Of a stretch of 56,660 nt of DNA, positions 52,092 through 56,660 are shown in pieces. The number at the start of each line of letters is the position of its first letter. The first letter of the stretch is position 1. The notes beneath the pieces are model-generated. The model was not told where the DNA came from. It saw only the letters and a program-made list of their open reading frames with translations, and ran no database searches. The stretch spans positions 1-56,660 of the forward strand of contig JBJEOU010000024.1 of NCBI GenBank assembly GCA_051880875.1, in the 5' to 3' direction. This stretch comes from Ruminococcus sp. Lineage in GTDB: Bacteria; Bacillota; Clostridia; Oscillospirales; Acutalibacteraceae. Made by a program: the position numbers and the translations under genes.

Positions 52092-53360
52092 TTAACCGTT
52101 GATGTTAGCAAGTGTCTTCTCAAGCAATGTCTTGAGAGAAGCCTCGTCTGTCTTAGCACCGTCCTTGTAGAGCTGTGTGCCAAGGTTAGCCATTGGATCC
52201 CAGAAAGCCTGGATGATGTTAGCCTGAACAACGAATGTCTTAGCCTCTTCAAGCATAGCCTGTGTGCCGGCACTCTCTGTTACCTTAACATCCTTGTGGG
52301 TTGGAGTCCAGCCAAGTTCATCAAAACGATCCTTCTGGCACTCTGAACCTGTGAGGTAGTTAGCAAGTTCCATAGAAGCGTGTGGATACTTTGTCTGAGC
52401 GTTAACACCGATATACTTGTAACCGATCATACCGATGATGTCCTTATCCTCGCCGTTAATGTTGATTGTAGGAAGCTTTACAACGCCGTAGTCGTCGCCA
52501 AGAGCCTCTGCATCAAGAGCAGCATTCCAAGTACCGTCGATACCTGCAGCACATGTTCTGTCCTTAAGGAGGAAGCCTGCTGAAATCTTATCAACAGAAG
52601 CTGCGGAGAATGTTCCCTTGTATTCCTTGAAGAGGTTTGCAAAAGCCTGCATTGAAGCAACTACTTCGTCTTCGTTATAATTGTTGAACTTCTGAGTATC
52701 CTGAGCTTCACCCTCAAGACCGTCTAACTTAAGACCGCCTGTGAATGCGAACATACATGAATAGTAACCGTTACCGGCGTCCATAATGAACTGACGGCCG
52801 GCCTTCTTACAAGCAGCAAGAACGCCTTCAAGTGACTTAGCGTCTTCGTCAGAGATTACTGACTTATCATATACGAGGTAATAACCGTTGTCTGTTTCCG
52901 GGAAAGCATAAAGAACTTCTGTTCCCTCATAGTCGCCCTTAACTGTTTCAACAGCAGCCTCTGTGTGGTTTGTCTTGATGTCCTCTTCATACTGTGAGTA
53001 AACAGGGAGAAGAGCCTTAGCAAGTGTAAGCTTTGTGATCTGGTCAGATGCAAAAGCAAATACGTCAGCAGCAGCTGTAGCGTCATTAAGAAGGTTAGTT
53101 GCAGCGTCGTTTTCTTCCTGTGCAACTACTTCAATCTGAACATTCTTGTCCTTGTATTTGTCTTCGAAAGCCTTTGCCTGCTTCTTTAAGAGATCCAAAG
53201 ATGCAGCAGGACCCCAAACCTTAAGCTTTGCATTTTCTTCAACTTCTACAGTTGTACTGGTTTCTGACTCGCCGTTGTCGGTGCTTTCACCGCAACCAAC
53301 GAATACTACTGCCATAAGAGCAATAGCGAGAACTAATGATAAAATTCTCTTGATTTTCAT
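52092..53360 (-). CDS. malE: Maltodextrin-binding lipoprotein
   Basis: Lipobox FVGC; LKVW, AADVFAFASDQ, LVYDKS, IDGTW; adjacent to the permeases and amylase. Confidence 0.82.
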   Translation of the reverse strand: MKIKRILSLVLAIALMAVVFVGCGESTDNGESETSTTVEVEENAKLKVWGPAASLDLLKKQAKAFEDKYKDKNVQIEVVAQEENDAATNLLNDATAAADVFAFASDQITKLTLAKALLPVYSQYEEDIKTNHTEAAVETVKGDYEGTEVLYAFPETDNGYYLVYDKSVISDEDAKSLEGVLAACKKAGRQFIMDAGNGYYSCMFAFTGGLKLDGLEGEAQDTQKFNNYNEDEVVASMQAFANLFKEYKGTFSAASVDKISAGFLLKDRTCAAGIDGTWNAALDAEALGDDYGVVKLPTININGEDKDIIGMIGYKYIGVNAQTKYPHASMELANYLTGSECQKDRFDELGWTPTHKDVKVTESAGTQAMLEEAKTFVVQANIIQAFWDPMANLGTQLYKDGAKTDEASLKTLLEKTLANING

Positions 53361-53438
53361 TTTAAAATCCTTCCTTCATAAAGAATAATTTTTTCGTGTG
53401 GTTGTGAAAATCCCCTCAGGACAGGACTGTCACACACC

Positions 53439-53482
53439 TTATCACTGTGATAATTGTACCACGAAACCCGTGATAATTTCAA
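53439..53482 (-). promoter_or_regulatory. malE promoter with palindromic operator
   Basis: TTGAAA-18-TACAAT with TG; TTATCAC-N1-GTGATAA at 53439-53453 and a third half-site at 53470-53476. Confidence 0.65.
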
Positions 53483-53528
53483 CTCCCTTTGTACTTTTTA
53501 TCTAAAACGATAAAAGTGAACTTTGTTT

Positions 53529-53632
53529 TTGTGCAAAACAACAACGAAAAAATTCTTAACTATCATTTTTGTACAAATCACTATCCGAATAATTGTGCAT
53601 TTTGCTCATAACGGTTTTGTGCAATATGTCAA
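53529..53632. promoter_or_regulatory. Array of TTGT(G/A)CA motifs upstream of the malE promoter
   Basis: Copies at 53529, 53569, 53593, 53617. Confidence 0.5.
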
Positions 53633-53913
53633 ATGGGTTTTCCTAAATTTGAAAAATCCGTGTACACAATTTGTTCAGAATTTCTTTTTCCCATTAAATT
53701 GGTGTATTTTTCCGATTTTATAGTGTAAAATAACCAAAACAGATATATTATCCTTTATATATACCCCAAAGTCAGTTGTTAATTCGCAATATTCAAAAGG
53801 TTATGTGCTTTATCCAATTCTTAATTGACAAAACCTTTTAAAAGTTGTAAATTTAGCATATACATAATAATGAAAAATAAAAACGGAACATATTTCCTGA
53901 GAAAGGGGTATAT

Positions 53914-55380
53914 ATGCTACTATCTGACCTGCTTAAAAAAATAGATTTCAATATTATAAAAGGAAACACCGATGTTGAAATTTCCGACATTATTTATGAC
54001 AGCCGAAAGGTTGTGTCCGGAACTGTATTTGTCGCCCTGAAGGGCTACAATGTTGACGGTCACAAGTTTATCCCACAGGCTGTAAGTCAGGGTGCATCAG
54101 CCGTTGTTGTATCCGATGACATTGACATTCAGCAGGATATTGCTGTAATTAAGGTTGATGACACACGAAAAGCCCTTGCATATATGAGTGCTAAACTGTT
54201 CGGCGAACCTGCAAAGGAGCTGACAACTATTGCACTTACAGGAACAAAGGGCAAAACCACCACCGTTGCAATGCTGAAAAGCATACTTAACGCTGAGGGC
54301 ATTTCTGTCGGCACAATAGGCACATTGGGAATTATCATCGGGGATAAAACTTACAAAACCAACAACACAACACCTGAATCCTACGAAATTCAACAGGCTA
54401 TGAGGAAGATGGTGGACTCCGGTTGCAAGGCTATGATTATTGAGGCGTCTTCCTTGGGACTAAAGTGGCACAGAACCGATGCAATAGACTTTGACTACGG
54501 TGTTTTCACCAATTTCAGTCACGACCATATCGGTGACAGTGAACATAAGGATTTGCAGGAATATCTTGACTGCAAAGCACTATTGTTCAAGCAGTGCAGG
54601 GAGGGAATTTTCAACATAGACGACAAGGTTTATGAGGAAATAACAGCAGACGCAACCTGCACCAAAACCACCTATGGATTCAGTGAAAAGGCAGACATCA
54701 CCGCCTACGGCGACAAGCTGATTTCCAGACCGGGATATATCGGGGTGCATTTCTCCACAAAGGGTTTGAAAACAATGGATGTAGATGTGGACATTCCCGG
54801 AAAATTCTCTGTTTACAATGCACTTGCCGCAATGACCACCGCCATAAAAATGGGTATTTCAGAGGAGGCTATCCTAAAGGGTCTTGACACCGTAACCGTC
54901 AAGGGCAGAGTTGAGGCTGTACCTGTTCCCGGCGACTACACCTTGCTCATTGACTATGCTCACAACGCACTTTCCATGGAAAATATCCTTGAAACCCTTA
55001 GAGAGTACAATCCAAACAGACTTATAGTTCTCTTTGGTGCCGGCGGAAACAGACCGAAGGTGAGAAGATACGAAATGGGCGAAACTGCCGGACGACTTGC
55101 TGACCTGTCCGTATTAACCGAGGACAACAGCCGTGACGAGGATGTTATGGATATTATCAACGACATCATTGAGGGCGGACTTAAAAAGACAGATGGCAAA
55201 TATGTTGTTGTGCCGAAAAGACAGGACGCAATCCGCTACTGTATGGAAAATGCCCGGAAAGGCGATATTATCGTGCTTGCCGGCAAGGGTCACGAGGATT
55301 ACCTTGAAATCAAGGGTGTAAAATACCACCTTGACGAACGAGAGGTTATTGCCGACATCGTTGCTGATATGGATAAATAA
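53914..55380 (+). CDS. murE: UDP-MurNAc-dipeptide:diamino acid ligase
   Basis: YDSRKV, TGTKGKTT, NTTPES, FTNFSHDH, IDYAHN, EDNSR, AGKGHE. Confidence 0.93.
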   Translation: MLLSDLLKKIDFNIIKGNTDVEISDIIYDSRKVVSGTVFVALKGYNVDGHKFIPQAVSQGASAVVVSDDIDIQQDIAVIKVDDTRKALAYMSAKLFGEPAKELTTIALTGTKGKTTTVAMLKSILNAEGISVGTIGTLGIIIGDKTYKTNNTTPESYEIQQAMRKMVDSGCKAMIIEASSLGLKWHRTDAIDFDYGVFTNFSHDHIGDSEHKDLQEYLDCKALLFKQCREGIFNIDDKVYEEITADATCTKTTYGFSEKADITAYGDKLISRPGYIGVHFSTKGLKTMDVDVDIPGKFSVYNALAAMTTAIKMGISEEAILKGLDTVTVKGRVEAVPVPGDYTLLIDYAHNALSMENILETLREYNPNRLIVLFGAGGNRPKVRRYEMGETAGRLADLSVLTEDNSRDEDVMDIINDIIEGGLKKTDGKYVVVPKRQDAIRYCMENARKGDIIVLAGKGHEDYLEIKGVKYHLDEREVIADIVADMDK

Positions 55381-55412
55381 TTTTAAAACAACCGATATAG
55401 TAACTTAAAAAC

Positions 55413-55451
55413 AAACTGCACTGAAAGGGATTGCCCAAACAGTGCAGTTTT
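55413..55451. terminator. Bidirectional terminator
   Basis: AAACTGCACTG...CAGTGCAGTTT. Confidence 0.75.
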
Positions 55452-55475
55452 TGTTACCAAAAAGTAAAATCAAAT

Positions 55476-56207
55476 TTACTTTACAATCATCTCTTTAATT
55501 TTGTAAACATCTCCGTCCATAATGCACCACTTGGTGTTCATCTTGCCCTTGATTTCAGGGCTTATGGACTGGTGAATGTACAGGCTCTTTAGACCTGCTC
55601 TTTTACTTCCGTTAATGTCAGCCTTGTAGTCGTTGCCAATCATAACACTCTCTTTTTTGTCAAGGGAAAATTCCTCCACAAGTCCGTTGTAGAAGTACGG
55701 ACTTGGCTTGCACACCTCTCTGTCGGAGCTGATGAAAATCCCGTCAAAATAAGGTGTCAGTCCCAGCATATTAAGCTCGTTCATTGTAAAACTCCTTTGG
55801 GCATTTGAAAGGAGATAAATTTTCTTTCCCTTTGCCTTAAGAGTGTCAAGCAAATCAATAACACCGTCATATAGCTTTATGTACTTTGTTGAGTAACAGC
55901 GGAATATTCCACAAATGTCAAGCACCTCTTTGTCCGTTACCTTAACGCCCTTATTTTCAAAAAGCGCCTTAAACACCTTTTCTACCTTAATATCCACATC
56001 ATTTTTGTACTCGGGATGAGCCTTTTTGATTTCAGCCTTCTCCTTTTTGCACAGTCTGTCGTACTCCTTGTGAAAATCCTTACCGCTGTACATAGCCCCC
56101 TTGTAGCTGTAATAAAGCGCCATCTTCTCCCACAAATCGTCACTCCACTCGTCTGTATTAATATCAATAAGTGTTCCGTATAAATCAAAAATATAGTTTT
56201 TAAACAT
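55476..56207 (-). CDS. HAD-superfamily hydrolase
   Basis: FDLYGTL, LLSNA, CKP, MIGNDYKADI. Confidence 0.88.
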   Translation of the reverse strand: MFKNYIFDLYGTLIDINTDEWSDDLWEKMALYYSYKGAMYSGKDFHKEYDRLCKKEKAEIKKAHPEYKNDVDIKVEKVFKALFENKGVKVTDKEVLDICGIFRCYSTKYIKLYDGVIDLLDTLKAKGKKIYLLSNAQRSFTMNELNMLGLTPYFDGIFISSDREVCKPSPYFYNGLVEEFSLDKKESVMIGNDYKADINGSKRAGLKSLYIHQSISPEIKGKMNTKWCIMDGDVYKIKEMIVK

Positions 56208-56305
56208 ATTATCACCCAAGGCGATTTTAACATACTATATATATCTTTGCAACAATTATTCTTATGTGATATAATCAAGAAAATACTTCAAAGGCGGTTG
56301 TTATT

Positions 56306-56660
56306 ATGAGAAAAAAAGAAAGAGTCCTGCTGGCTGTTGAGGCTTTGAAAAAGGAATTTCCCGACGCAATATGCTCCCTTACATACAGCGACCCGTTACA
56401 GCTACTTGTGGCTACAAGACTTGCCGCACAATGCACCGACGCAAGGGTGAATATGGTAACTCCCGACCTGTTTGCAAAGTACAAAACTGCCCAGGACTTT
56501 GCCTGTGCCGATGTAAAGGATGTTGAAGAAATAATCAAATCCTGCGGACTTTACAAAACCAAGGCAAAATCATTGGTGGATATGGGCAAGGCTTTGACTG
56601 AAAATTACGGCGGTGTTGTGCCGGACACAATAGAGGAGCTTATCAAACTCCCCGGTATCG
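56306..56660 (+). CDS. nth: Endonuclease III (runs off the window end)
   Basis: Read by hand: MRKKERV...LQLLVATRLAAQCTDARVN...CGLYKTKAK...ELIKLPGI (HhH-GPD). Confidence 0.92.
   Translation, partial: MRKKERVLLAVEALKKEFPDAICSLTYSDPLQLLVATRLAAQCTDARVNMVTPDLFAKYKTAQDFACADVKDVEEIIKSCGLYKTKAKSLVDMGKALTENYGGVVPDTIEELIKLPGI

Overview
56.7 kb of core chromosome from a spore-forming, low-GC Firmicute. Gene content and a dockerin-bearing CBM26/CBM74 protein point to a Ruminococcus bromii-like (Oscillospiraceae) starch degrader; this taxonomy is inference. Housekeeping blocks: rimP-nusA-ylxR-L7Ae-infB-rbfA-DHH-truB, hrcA-grpE-dnaK/dnaJ with CIRCE, leuCD, fba, rpe, rlmB, rsmE-mtnN, rpsT, murE and a partial nth. 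Sporulation genes: spoIIE, and spoVAD and spoVAE about 18 kb apart. A dispersed starch/maltodextrin set comprises malQ-glgP, two GH13 enzymes, malEFG and a Sas6-like amylosome starch-binding protein. I saw no prophage, transposase, CRISPR array, tRNA or rRNA. Most unusual signals: (1) an 890-aa P1B-ATPase-like protein whose catalytic motifs have degenerated; (2) an orphan, symmetric DnaA-box cluster in an AT-rich gap far from any dnaA; (3) several small palindromic elements (a GGAAACACT palindrome in three 5' leaders, a 158-bp MITE-like element, two REP-like elements); (4) an 18-bp tandem repeat that reiterates the -10 box of a dnaJ-specific promoter; (5) a candidate shared operator upstream of the starch genes. 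All protein calls are from motif recognition by eye; no database searches were run.
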